From Chloroflexota bacterium (GTDB lineage: Bacteria; Chloroflexota; Anaerolineae; JAAYEA01), in contig DAITVZ010000011.1 of the NCBI GenBank assembly GCA_036841525.1, positions 534-64,533 on the forward strand: a stretch of 64,000 nucleotides of DNA, read 5' to 3'. The position numbers were made by a program, and so were the translations under genes. Below are positions 27,049 to 36,385 of this stretch, one piece after another. Under the pieces are notes generated by a model that did no database searches, was not told the DNA's origin, and saw only the letters and a program-made list of their open reading frames with translations. The first letter of the stretch is position 1, and the number at the start of each line of letters is the position of its first letter.

Positions 27049-29976
27049 ATGAAAGCGATCATGCACGAACGACCAAGGACATACGCCAGCGCCACGCCGC
27101 CTCCAGAGAGCCAGCAACCGCTCCCTCGGCGGCGTTCTGCGCGCTATTACTATATCGCCAGCAGCGCCACGTGGGCTGCCATCGCCGCGCTAACCCTGCT
27201 GGTCGTTGGCGCCATCGCTGCCGTCCTCGTCTATGTCTATTACGCTCGGCACGTCCCCTCGCCGCAGGACCTCACCGCTCGCTCGGCGCTGTTCAAAAGC
27301 ACCAGGATTTATGATCGCAACGGCGAGCTTCTCTACGAGGTGATCGATCCCACCGGCGGGCGTCGTACCATCGTCCGCTATGACGACCTCTCCGACGAGA
27401 TCATCTGGGCCACGGTGGACACCGAGGATGCCACCTTCTTCCGCAACCCCGGCTTTAACCCCTTCGCCATCGCCCGCTCGGTCTATTGGGCCCTCACCGA
27501 GGGCGAGGTCGTCTCCGGTGCCAGCGGCATCACCCAGCAGGTGGCGCGCATGCTCTACCTGAACCAGGAGCAGACCCTGGACCGCAAGCTGAAGGAAGCA
27601 GTGCTGGCCACCGAAATCACCCGCCTCTACTCCAAAGAAGAGATCCTGCAGATCTATCTGAATGAGATTTATTATGGCAACCTCTCCTACGGAATCGCTG
27701 CCGCCGCGGAGACCTACTTTGGCAAGCGCGTCCAGGACCTGACGCTGGCCGAGTCGGCTCTGCTGGCCGGGCTGCCTCAGGCGGCCGGCCCTCACGACCC
27801 CTACACCAATCCAGAAGGGGCGAAGGCTCGTCGCGCGGTCGTGCTCAACCTCATGGCCCGCCAGGGGCACATCAGCCAGCAGGCCGCGGACCTGGCCGCC
27901 CAGGAGCCGCTCAACCTGCGCCCGCTGACCATCGAGATCAAGGCGCCGCACTTTGTCATGTATGTGCGCGGGCTGCTGGAGGAGCGGTACGGCAATCAGA
28001 TCTACCGCCGCGGCCTGCAGGTCTATACCACGCTGGACCTGGAGATGCAGCGCGACGCCGAACGAGTCGCCCAGCAGCACATCGAGAGCCTGAAGGGGCA
28101 CAACGTCAGCAACGCCGCCGTGCTCACGGTCAACGCCCACACCGGCGAGATACTGGCCATGCTGGGCAGCGTCAACTTTTTCGACGACAGCATCCAGGGC
28201 CAGGTCAACGTGACCCTGCGACCTCGCCAGCCCGGCTCCACGGTCAAACCGCTCGCCTATGCCGCTGCCTTCGAGCGGGGCTGGAGCCCGTCCACCATGC
28301 TGATGGACGTCCGCACCGAGTACCCCGGCGGCCCCGACGGGCCCTATGTCCCGGCCAACTATGACAAGAAGGAGCACGGGGCGGTCTCTTTGCGGCAGGC
28401 GCTGGGCTCGTCCTACAACATCCCCGCCGTCCAAACGCTCAACGAGCTGGGCGTCCCGGCCATGCTCGAGATGGCCGAGCGGCTGGGCATCACCACCTGG
28501 ACTCGCCCCGACTATGGGCTATCGCTGGTGCTGGGCACCGCCGATACGACCATGATCGAGCTGGTGAGCGCCTTTACCGCCTTGGCCAACGCTGGGGTGC
28601 GCGTCACGCCTAACCCGATCCTACGCGTCGTGGATTTCGAGGGCAACACGCTGGAAGATATCGCGAGCCAGCCCAGCGGCGAGCAGGTGCTGGACGCGCG
28701 CATCGCCTTCCTGATCACCAGCATCCTCTCGGACAACGAAGCCCGCGCGCCTGCCTTGGGCCGCCAGAACAACCTGGTCCTCTCCAAGCCCTCCGCAGCC
28801 AAGACGGGCACCACGGAGGACTTTCGCGACGCCTGGGTCGTGGGCTACACCCCTGACCTGGTCACCGGCATCTGGGTCGGCAACTCGGATGGCACGCCCA
28901 TGGAGAACCTCCCGGGCGTCCGCGGCGCCGGCCCCATCTGGCAGAATTATATGGAAGAGATCCTGGCCGACCAGCCAGCGCACGACTTTCAGATGCCCCC
29001 GGGCATCGTCTCTCTGCCGGTCTGCCCGATCTCGGGCCACCCCGTCACCGAGGATTGCCCGCCGGCCCGCACGGATCTCTTCCTGGAGGAGGCCGCGCCC
29101 CAGGGGCCCTGCCCGGTGCACACCCGCATCGGCATCTGCCGCCTTAGCGGCCAGCGCGCCACGGAGCTCTGCCCTGCCGACCTGGTGGACGTGCAGGCCT
29201 TTACCGCCTTTCCCCTGGCCTACCGCCAATGGGCCGAGGCGCAAGGGTATCCCCAACCGCCCGTGGACATCTGCCCGATCCACAACCAGGGCAACAAGGT
29301 GCAGATCACCTCGCCCGCCGAAGGCCAGACCGTGGGCGGCCTGGTGGAGATCCGGGGCAGTGCCATCATCGACGAGCTGGTGCACTATATCCTGGAGTAC
29401 GGCATCTCTCACGACCCCGGCGGCTGGGGGCTGGTCCGCAGCGCCACTACCGTGCGTGTGGATGGGGGCACCCTGGGTTTCTGGGACACCCGCGAGCTGG
29501 AGAACGGGCCGCACACGATCCGCGTGCTGGCGGTCAACAGCCACGGGCAGACCGTGGAGGCGCGGGTGCATCTCTATGTCTTTAACGGCGGGCGCGAGTT
29601 GACGCCCACGCGCTGGACCACCGTGACGCCCACGCTCTCGCCCACCGCGACCTTCACCTGGGCCCCGACCCAGTCACCCACGGCGTCTCCCACCTTCTCG
29701 TCGACTCTCCTGCCCTCCGTCACCGCGACGGCGACGCCGCCTGCCACGGTGACGGCGCCGCCAACCGCTTCGCCCATGCCATCCTTTACCCCCACCCAGA
29801 GCCCCACGGCCGCGCCCACGCTAGGCCCGACTCTGGTTCAGTTGCCGACCAGCGCGCCTACGCCCACCGCCACGGACACGCCTCCGCCGACGCAGACGCC
29901 CGCCCCCACGCGGACGCCAGCCTTCGGCCCCACGCTGGTCTTTCCGCCGACCGCGACGCGCACGCCCAGGCCCTGA
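27049..29976 (+). CDS. class A penicillin-binding protein (bifunctional GT51 transglycosylase/transpeptidase) with Pro/Thr-rich C-terminal tail
   Basis: The GT51 motifs EDATFFRNPGFNP, GASGITQQ and RKLKE are present. The transpeptidase motifs STVKP and SYN are also present. A PT-rich tail runs from about 29590 to 29976. Confidence 0.85.
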   Translation: MKAIMHERPRTYASATPPPESQQPLPRRRSARYYYIASSATWAAIAALTLLVVGAIAAVLVYVYYARHVPSPQDLTARSALFKSTRIYDRNGELLYEVIDPTGGRRTIVRYDDLSDEIIWATVDTEDATFFRNPGFNPFAIARSVYWALTEGEVVSGASGITQQVARMLYLNQEQTLDRKLKEAVLATEITRLYSKEEILQIYLNEIYYGNLSYGIAAAAETYFGKRVQDLTLAESALLAGLPQAAGPHDPYTNPEGAKARRAVVLNLMARQGHISQQAADLAAQEPLNLRPLTIEIKAPHFVMYVRGLLEERYGNQIYRRGLQVYTTLDLEMQRDAERVAQQHIESLKGHNVSNAAVLTVNAHTGEILAMLGSVNFFDDSIQGQVNVTLRPRQPGSTVKPLAYAAAFERGWSPSTMLMDVRTEYPGGPDGPYVPANYDKKEHGAVSLRQALGSSYNIPAVQTLNELGVPAMLEMAERLGITTWTRPDYGLSLVLGTADTTMIELVSAFTALANAGVRVTPNPILRVVDFEGNTLEDIASQPSGEQVLDARIAFLITSILSDNEARAPALGRQNNLVLSKPSAAKTGTTEDFRDAWVVGYTPDLVTGIWVGNSDGTPMENLPGVRGAGPIWQNYMEEILADQPAHDFQMPPGIVSLPVCPISGHPVTEDCPPARTDLFLEEAAPQGPCPVHTRIGICRLSGQRATELCPADLVDVQAFTAFPLAYRQWAEAQGYPQPPVDICPIHNQGNKVQITSPAEGQTVGGLVEIRGSAIIDELVHYILEYGISHDPGGWGLVRSATTVRVDGGTLGFWDTRELENGPHTIRVLAVNSHGQTVEARVHLYVFNGGRELTPTRWTTVTPTLSPTATFTWAPTQSPTASPTFSSTLLPSVTATATPPATVTAPPTASPMPSFTPTQSPTAAPTLGPTLVQLPTSAPTPTATDTPPPTQTPAPTRTPAFGPTLVFPPTATRTPRP

Positions 29977-30004
29977 GCTTGCCCCCGGGGCCCAGCTCGC
30001 GATC

Positions 30005-30033
30005 TGGTCACCGCGCGAGTTCTGTCGTATAAT
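30005..30033 (+). promoter_or_regulatory. promoter TGGTCA-17-TATAAT
   Basis: A perfect -10 at 30028-30033 is paired with a weak -35. Confidence 0.4.
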
Positions 30034-30110
30034 GATCCCAGCCCTCCGGGATCGTGGCGGAGAGGGCAACCTGGTCTCTGCGAATCGTCCGCCAGCGAAA
30101 GGAAGAGCTC

Positions 30111-30323
30111 GTGAGCGATCAACTCGGCCCCAAGGCCCCATCTGATGAGCGCCCGCCGCGCAGCAACCTGGCCGCTGGCCTCGCCATCGGCGCGGCCCTC
30201 GGCATCGTCTTTGGGGTGGCCTTGGATAGCATCGGCGCAGGGCTGGCCATGGGCATTGCCATCGGCGTTGCCATCGGCGCGGGCATGGACCATGGGGACA
30301 AGCTCAGCGGCAAGCAGCGCTAG
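30111..30323 (+). CDS. glycine-zipper small membrane protein (70 aa)
   Basis: GTG start after AAGGAAG. GxxxG/AxxxG repeats (AIGAALGIVFGVALDSIGAGLAMGIAIGVAIGAG) are present. Confidence 0.5.
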   Translation: MSDQLGPKAPSDERPPRSNLAAGLAIGAALGIVFGVALDSIGAGLAMGIAIGVAIGAGMDHGDKLSGKQR

Positions 30324-30350
30324 AAGTCATCGGCACAACGGTTGATTGGG

Positions 30351-30374
30351 GACACCAGGAGGGACACCAGGAGG
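30351..30374 (+). repeat. tandem 12-nt direct repeat GACACCAGGAGG x2, which duplicates the SD
   Basis: Read directly. The repeat ends 6 nt upstream of the ATG at 30381. Confidence 0.7.
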
Positions 30375-30380
30375 CACATC

Positions 30381-30581
30381 ATGAAGCAGAACATGAGCTC
30401 GCTCGATCGGATCATCAGGCTGGCTGTCGCGGTGGTCATCGCCATCCTCTATTTCACGGGGACTCTCACAGGCTGGGTGGCCATCGTGCTGGGCATCGTC
30501 GCCGTTATCCTTGCCCTCACGAGCATCTTGGGCTTCTGCCCCCTCTATGGCCTGCTGGGGATCTCGACCAAGAAAAGCTGA
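30381..30581 (+). CDS. DUF2892 (YgaP-like) small membrane protein
   Basis: AGGAGG SD. The product has two TM helices and the conserved 'SLDRIIR...GFCPLY' pattern. Confidence 0.6.
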   Translation: MKQNMSSLDRIIRLAVAVVIAILYFTGTLTGWVAIVLGIVAVILALTSILGFCPLYGLLGISTKKS

Positions 30582-30683
30582 CGCTCGCCCGGCGGCTGGC
30601 GTGATAGAAGACAAGTGGCGGGCGCCTGATTCAGCTGGCGACGCCCCTTTGGTGGTTGTTGTGCGCCCCGATAGGAGCCCAAT

Positions 30684-31721
30684 ATGCTCGCGCTCAACGA
30701 GGCCGAGATCCAGGTGCTGATCGCCGCGCAGAGGACCGCGGAGGCCCAGCGCCCGCTCACCCGGGAGGCCCTGACTGGCCGGGCCGGCGATTTCTGCCGA
30801 TATCTGGTGGACTGGCAGCAGGCTTTCGATACCCTGGCCGCCAGAGAGTTACTGGTCCCTGGCGACGGCGGACTGCGGCTCACCGAGCGTGGCGCCGCCG
30901 ATGCGCACCGCCTCGCCGAGGAACGCCCCGAGATGTGGTACTGGTATCGGCAGTACTACGAGGTCACCCGCGATAGCCCCGCCCACGCTGCCTTTTGCGA
31001 GCGAGTCTATGGCCGCAACCTTTGCCAGCACGGCTTTGCGGACATGGCGCAACTGGACAAGCTGATCGAGGTATCGGCCCTCGGCCCCGGCGACCGCGCC
31101 CTGGACCTTGGCTGCGGCAACGGCCTGATCGCCGAGTACATCTCGGATCGGACCGGCGCCCACGTCACCGGCATCGACAACATCCCCGAGGCCATCGCCC
31201 AGGCCCATGAGCGCACCCTGGCCAAGCGCTCCCGCCTGGCCTTCGAGGTCCACGATATGGCCCGGCTGGAGTCGCTGCCGGGCCCCTTTGACACGATCAT
31301 CTCGATCGACACGCTCTACTTTGTCAAGGAGGACGAGGTCGTTCCCAAGATCAAGTCGCTCCTGGCCCCCGGAGGGCGGATAGCCATTCTCTGGGATCAT
31401 TCGCTTTGGGACCCCGCCACCAACTGGCGAGAGAGGGCGCTGACCGAGGCGCCGCCGTTTCCACGCGAGTCCCTGCAGGCAGACAAGACGCCCATGGCCG
31501 CGCGATTGCGTAGGCTGGGCCTGGCCTTCCAGGCCTGGGACCTGACCGAGGCGCATTACCAGCACGCCCTGCGGCGCCAGGCCGCCCTCGCCGACCTGCG
31601 CGCCGACTTCGAGGCCGAGGGCAACCAGTTCCTCTACCAGAACCGTCTGGACGAAGCCAACGGAGAGCGCGCCATTCTGGCCGCCGGCCTCGCCTGCCGT
31701 TACCTATACCTCGCGAAATAG
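30684..31721 (+). CDS. class I SAM-dependent methyltransferase with N-terminal helical domain
   Basis: The SAM motif I, LDLGCGNG, is present. Confidence 0.7.
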   Translation: MLALNEAEIQVLIAAQRTAEAQRPLTREALTGRAGDFCRYLVDWQQAFDTLAARELLVPGDGGLRLTERGAADAHRLAEERPEMWYWYRQYYEVTRDSPAHAAFCERVYGRNLCQHGFADMAQLDKLIEVSALGPGDRALDLGCGNGLIAEYISDRTGAHVTGIDNIPEAIAQAHERTLAKRSRLAFEVHDMARLESLPGPFDTIISIDTLYFVKEDEVVPKIKSLLAPGGRIAILWDHSLWDPATNWRERALTEAPPFPRESLQADKTPMAARLRRLGLAFQAWDLTEAHYQHALRRQAALADLRADFEAEGNQFLYQNRLDEANGERAILAAGLACRYLYLAK

Positions 31722-31730
31722 GAGAGCGCC

Positions 31731-32795
31731 ATGCATTCACAGGACCTTGCTGATCCCGCCCTGCGCCTGTTCACGGAATTGCTGTCCGTCCCCGCTCCGT
31801 CCGGGCGGGAGGAGCGTATCGCCGCCGTCATCCGCGCCAAGCTGGAGGACTGGGGCTACCAGCCAGAGACCGATGGCTCGGGCAACGTGCTGGTGCGCCT
31901 GCCCGGGCAAAAGCCGGACGCGCCGGTCTGCTGCCTGGCCGCCCACATGGACGAGATCGCCTTGGTGGTCACCCGCATCGAGGCGAACGGCACCTTGCGC
32001 GTGGACCGCTCCGGCGGGTTGAACCCCTGGAAGATCGGCGAGGGGCCCGTGGAGATCATCGGCGACGGCGAGACGCGGATCATCGGGGTGCTCTCCATGG
32101 GGTCCGGCCACTCGGAAGCGGGCGCAGCCGGAACCAGGTGGGCGGACACCTGGGTCATCACCGGGCTCACCCCGCGGCAGTTGCAGGAGGCGGGCGTGCG
32201 GCCAGGCTCCACCGCCGTGCCCGTCCGCGAGGGGCGCGGGCCGGTGGTCTTTGGCGACCCCTCCGATCCCCTGGTCGCCGCCTGGACGTTCGACGACCGA
32301 ATGGGCTGCGTGGCGCTGTTGCGCCTCTTGGAGACAATGAGGGCGCAGGCGATCGTGCCTTACCGCCCCACCCTGGCCGCTTTCACCGTGCACGAGGAGG
32401 GCGGCTCGCCGGGGGCCAAGGCGCTGGCCCACCGTGAGGGCGTGGAGACCTTTATCTCCATCGACGGCTGCCCCATGCCCGCCGACGCGCCGCTGCAACT
32501 GGACGGGCGTCCCGGCATCTGGAGCAAGGACCGCCTCGCCCACTATGACCAGCGCCTGCTGGTGGCTCTCTGTCGCGCGGCACGCCTGGCCAAGACCGAG
32601 CTTCAGCCCGTCGTCTATGCCGAGGGCGCCGCCAGCGACGCCAGCCTCGTCTATTCCGTGGGCGGCGCCCAGCGCATCGCCTGCCTGGGCCACGTGCGGG
32701 AGAACAGCCACGGCTACGAGGTCGCTCGACTCGCGGTCTTTGAGAACCTCTACCGAACCCTGCTCCAGTTCATCCGCACCTGGCAAGGAGAGTAG
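31731..32795 (+). CDS. M42 family peptidase (glutamyl aminopeptidase/'endoglucanase'-annotated family)
   Basis: The M42/FrvX-like layout is present (HMDEIA, GDDR-like region). Confidence 0.65.
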   Translation: MHSQDLADPALRLFTELLSVPAPSGREERIAAVIRAKLEDWGYQPETDGSGNVLVRLPGQKPDAPVCCLAAHMDEIALVVTRIEANGTLRVDRSGGLNPWKIGEGPVEIIGDGETRIIGVLSMGSGHSEAGAAGTRWADTWVITGLTPRQLQEAGVRPGSTAVPVREGRGPVVFGDPSDPLVAAWTFDDRMGCVALLRLLETMRAQAIVPYRPTLAAFTVHEEGGSPGAKALAHREGVETFISIDGCPMPADAPLQLDGRPGIWSKDRLAHYDQRLLVALCRAARLAKTELQPVVYAEGAASDASLVYSVGGAQRIACLGHVRENSHGYEVARLAVFENLYRTLLQFIRTWQGE

Positions 32796-32797
32796 AC

Positions 32798-35656
32798 GTG
32801 AGGATCGGCTTCTATCCCTTCTGGTTCTGGAACGACCGGTTGAGCGCCGACGAGGTCCGCTGGCAAGTGCGCGAGATGGCGGACAAGGGCCTGCATGGCT
32901 TCTTCATCCACTCGCGCCAGGGGCTCCAGCAGCCCTATCTCTCCGAGGCCTTCTTCGAGATGGTGGACGCGGCCCTGGCCGCCGCCGAGGAGCGCGACCT
33001 GCTCCTCAACCTCTATGACGAGTACCCCTATCCTAGCGGGGTGGCCGGCGGAGAGGTGATCCTCGGCTGCCCGCAATACCACGCCACCCACCTGGTGCAA
33101 AAGGCCGAGGTCGTGGCGGGCGGCGAAATCCGTCTGGAGCTGCCCCAGGGCAAGGTTCTCCATTGCGCCGCCTATCCCATCCGCGATGGACAGGCGGACT
33201 GGGCGGGCGGCCTCGACCTCCGCGACCGGGTGGGCATGATCCTGCACCGCGATTCCTACGTGGAGACGGGGCTCACCCGCTATAACCAGAAGCGCTACTT
33301 TGCCAGCGAGCCGACGCCCACCCTCGAAGCCAAGCTGCCCGAGGGCGCCTACAAGGTGTGCGTCGCTGTCCAGTCGGTGGTGCACCACCACAAATACTGG
33401 GATCAGTTCGTGGATGCCCTCAACCCCGAGGCGATCCAGCGCTTCATCTCGCTGACCCACGAGCGCTACTACAAGCGCTACGCCGACCGCTTCGGCGACC
33501 GGATTCCTTCCATTTTCGTGGATGAGACCACGGCCATCTGGTCGGATCGCGTTCCCGCCGCGTTTCTGGCCCGCCACGGGTATGACCTGCTCCCGCTGCT
33601 GCCTGCCCTGCAAGAGCGCAGCCATCCGCAGCACGTGCGAGTGAGCTACGACCTGCACCAACTCCTCTACGAGATGTTCTGCCAGAGCTTTGAGGGGCCG
33701 ATCTCGACGTGGTGCCAGGGACATGGCATCGCCTACACCGGCGAAAAGCCCTCCCTGCGCCTGGCCCAGCTCCGCCACATGGACATCCCCGGCTGCGAGC
33801 CGGGCCACACCAAGGCCGGCGCGCCGCTGGACATCCTGCAAGCCCGCATCCGGCAGAATGCTCGCGCCACCGCCTCCGCCGCCTATTTTTATGACAAGCC
33901 CGGCAGCCTCTGCGAATGCTACCACAGCACCGGCTGGAGCGCCACGCTCCAGGACGCCAAGCTCATCGCCGAGGGGCTCTTGCTCCTGGGCACCACCTAC
34001 CTGGTGCCCCATGGCTTTTTCTACAGCACCCACGCCTTGCGCAAGCACGACGCGCCGCCCACCTTTTTCTTCCAGATGCCCTCCTGGCCGCTCTTTGGCC
34101 GCCTCTCCCAGCGCATCGACCGGATCGCCGAGCAGTTCGCCGGCACCCATATGGACGCCAGCCTGCTGGTGGTCGAGCCCGCCAGCGGCATCCCTAACCA
34201 CGACCAGCTGGCGCGTTACGAGGCGATCCTCCGCCTGCTGATGGAGAACCATCTGGACTATCTCATGGTGGACACCGATATCCTCGCCGCCAGCCAGGTG
34301 AAGGATGGCCGCATCCACGCCAAGGGCATCGTCGCCAAGGCTGTGTTGGTCCCGCCCATGCAGGTCATCGAGCCGCCGCTGCAGACCTGGCTGGACAGCT
34401 ACTCGGCTGCGGGAGGCGCGGTGATCCGTGACGAAGGCGGCGACCTCGCCGCGCTGCGCGCTCGGCTGCTGCAACTCGTGCGACCCTCGCTTTGCATCCG
34501 CGCGGGAGGCCAGGAGGCGGCGCCCATCTGGTCCGTCAAGCGCGCCGGGGAGGGCGTCGCGCGCTGGTTCCTCCTCAACACCGGCCGCCAGGCCCTGGAG
34601 CTCGAGCTGGACGCCGGCGTGCCCCTGGTCGAGCTGCCGCTGGACGACCAGACGCCCACCGCCCTGCGCCGGGCCGGGACCGCGTACCGGCGTCGCATCG
34701 CCCCCTTCGAGTCGCTGCTCCTCTCGGCAGCCCCCGAGGCGGCGCCATTGGCCGCGCTGCCCGTGCTGCGCATCCCCGGCGACGGGGCAGCCGCGGTCAG
34801 GCCGCTGCACGCCAACGTCCTGCGCCTTTACCATTGGGAGCTTGCGCTGCAAGGCGCGGAGGGCGCCTACGGGCCAGCCGCCGAGGTTCCGGCGGTGCCC
34901 CTGGCGAACCAGATCGCCTTTGCCCATCTGCCCATCGTCCCCGAGATACACCAGTACTTTGGGCATGCGCCCGAGCTGCACTGGCCCCGGCTGCGCGCGC
35001 GATACACCCATCGTTTCCAGTGCGAGTACGGCGGCCGGGTGGAGCTGGTCATGGAGCCGGGCTCGCTGGTCGGCGACTGGCAGATCCTGGTGAACGGCAA
35101 GGGGCCGCTCACCGCCGCCGATCTGGCGCCCACGCAAGCCCACGTGCGCGGGAGCCTGGGGGTGGATATCACCCAGATGCTGAGGCCTGGGGAGAATGAG
35201 ATCGTCATCCTGGTGGATGCCCCTGGCGCGGAAGGCGGCTTGGTCAACGCCCTCTACCTGGCCGGCGAGTTCGGCGTGCTGCTGGAGCCTGAGCGGCTCG
35301 TGAAGCGCCAGCCAGAGGGGCTGTTCGAGGACTATGAGGGGAACCGCTTGCCCTACTATGCGGGGACCGTAGAGTATGTGACATCGTTCGAGCTAGCAGA
35401 GCTGCCAAGCGGCGAGGTGGAGGTGGAGCTGGCGTACCAGAAGCCCTTCCGCGAGGCCGCCGCGGTGTCCATAAACGGCAGCCCCTGGGTTCCCGTGCCC
35501 TGGGAGCCGCGCCGCTTCCGCCTCGAATCCCGCTGGCTGCGCCAGGGTCGCAACGCGCTGACCACCCGGGTGCACACGACGCTCTCGCGCGCTTTCGAGG
35601 GCCAGTGGTTCGACGACGACGCCCACGTCTATCGTCGCGTCGGCGAGACGGCCTGA
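32798..35656 (+). CDS. large putative glycoside hydrolase (TIM barrel, GH42/GHL-like N-terminus) with C-terminal beta-sandwich domains
   Basis: The N-terminus RIGFYPFWFW...REMADKGLHGFFIH resembles the first strand and helix of GH42-type barrels. The GH family is not resolved. Confidence 0.5.
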   Translation: MRIGFYPFWFWNDRLSADEVRWQVREMADKGLHGFFIHSRQGLQQPYLSEAFFEMVDAALAAAEERDLLLNLYDEYPYPSGVAGGEVILGCPQYHATHLVQKAEVVAGGEIRLELPQGKVLHCAAYPIRDGQADWAGGLDLRDRVGMILHRDSYVETGLTRYNQKRYFASEPTPTLEAKLPEGAYKVCVAVQSVVHHHKYWDQFVDALNPEAIQRFISLTHERYYKRYADRFGDRIPSIFVDETTAIWSDRVPAAFLARHGYDLLPLLPALQERSHPQHVRVSYDLHQLLYEMFCQSFEGPISTWCQGHGIAYTGEKPSLRLAQLRHMDIPGCEPGHTKAGAPLDILQARIRQNARATASAAYFYDKPGSLCECYHSTGWSATLQDAKLIAEGLLLLGTTYLVPHGFFYSTHALRKHDAPPTFFFQMPSWPLFGRLSQRIDRIAEQFAGTHMDASLLVVEPASGIPNHDQLARYEAILRLLMENHLDYLMVDTDILAASQVKDGRIHAKGIVAKAVLVPPMQVIEPPLQTWLDSYSAAGGAVIRDEGGDLAALRARLLQLVRPSLCIRAGGQEAAPIWSVKRAGEGVARWFLLNTGRQALELELDAGVPLVELPLDDQTPTALRRAGTAYRRRIAPFESLLLSAAPEAAPLAALPVLRIPGDGAAAVRPLHANVLRLYHWELALQGAEGAYGPAAEVPAVPLANQIAFAHLPIVPEIHQYFGHAPELHWPRLRARYTHRFQCEYGGRVELVMEPGSLVGDWQILVNGKGPLTAADLAPTQAHVRGSLGVDITQMLRPGENEIVILVDAPGAEGGLVNALYLAGEFGVLLEPERLVKRQPEGLFEDYEGNRLPYYAGTVEYVTSFELAELPSGEVEVELAYQKPFREAAAVSINGSPWVPVPWEPRRFRLESRWLRQGRNALTTRVHTTLSRAFEGQWFDDDAHVYRRVGETA

Positions 35657-35698
35657 GCCATCACCGGGCGGGGGCGCAGATCATCGCTCTCCCGCCGC

Positions 35699-36385
35699 TC
35701 ACCCCACCAGGGGCTCGATCTCGCCCCAGGTGACCGGCTGGAGAGCGACACCGAATACCTCCTCGAAGCGCGCCCGGACCCTGGCGCGGACCTCGGCCAC
35801 CTCCACGCGCCGCCCCAGCAGTTGCCTCATGCTGGTCACCGGCTCGGTCAGGCCGCAAGGCACGATCAGCCGCCAATGCTCCATGATCGGGTCCACGTTC
35901 AGCGCAAAGCCGTGGAAACTGACGCCCAACTGGATGCGCGCGCCCAGGGCCGCCACCTTGCCCCCCTCGGTCCACACGCCCACCAGCCCATCGCGCCGGT
36001 AGGCGGTAATGCCCAAGTCGCCCACGACGCGGATGAGTACCTCCTCCAAGGCATGCATATAGTCCGAGGCGCCCAGGTTGTGGTCGTGGATGCGCAGGAT
36101 CGGATAGCCCACGATCTGCCCGGGGCCGTGGTAGGTCACGTCGCCGCCGCGCTCCACCTTGCGGACGATGACGCCCAGTTCCTCCAGCCGCGCCGGCGCC
36201 GCCAGGATGTTGCTCTCGTGGCCGCGCCGCCCGAGCGTGATCACCGGCTCGTGCTCCAGCAAGAGGAACACGTCGGGGATGCGCCCCGCCCGCCGCGCTT
36301 CCACCAGCCGGTGCTGCATCTCCCACACGTGGTCATACGGCTCCACGTCCAGCTCCAGAAGCCAACAGCGCTTCGGTTCGCTCAT
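35699..36385 (-). CDS. lipB: lipoyl(octanoyl) transferase
   Basis: The conserved LipB motifs are present, including RGGDVTYHGPGQ and the active-site Cys region LIVPCGL. GGAGG SD. It overlaps the fmt stop. Confidence 0.85.
   Translation of the reverse strand: MSEPKRCWLLELDVEPYDHVWEMQHRLVEARRAGRIPDVFLLLEHEPVITLGRRGHESNILAAPARLEELGVIVRKVERGGDVTYHGPGQIVGYPILRIHDHNLGASDYMHALEEVLIRVVGDLGITAYRRDGLVGVWTEGGKVAALGARIQLGVSFHGFALNVDPIMEHWRLIVPCGLTEPVTSMRQLLGRRVEVAEVRARVRARFEEVFGVALQPVTWGEIEPLVG

Noticed and set aside
29590-29976. Nucleotide-level low-complexity repeats (CCCAC/GCCGAC...)
   Set aside because: They encode the Pro/Thr-rich tail of the PBP in frame. This is not a CRISPR array or a VNTR.
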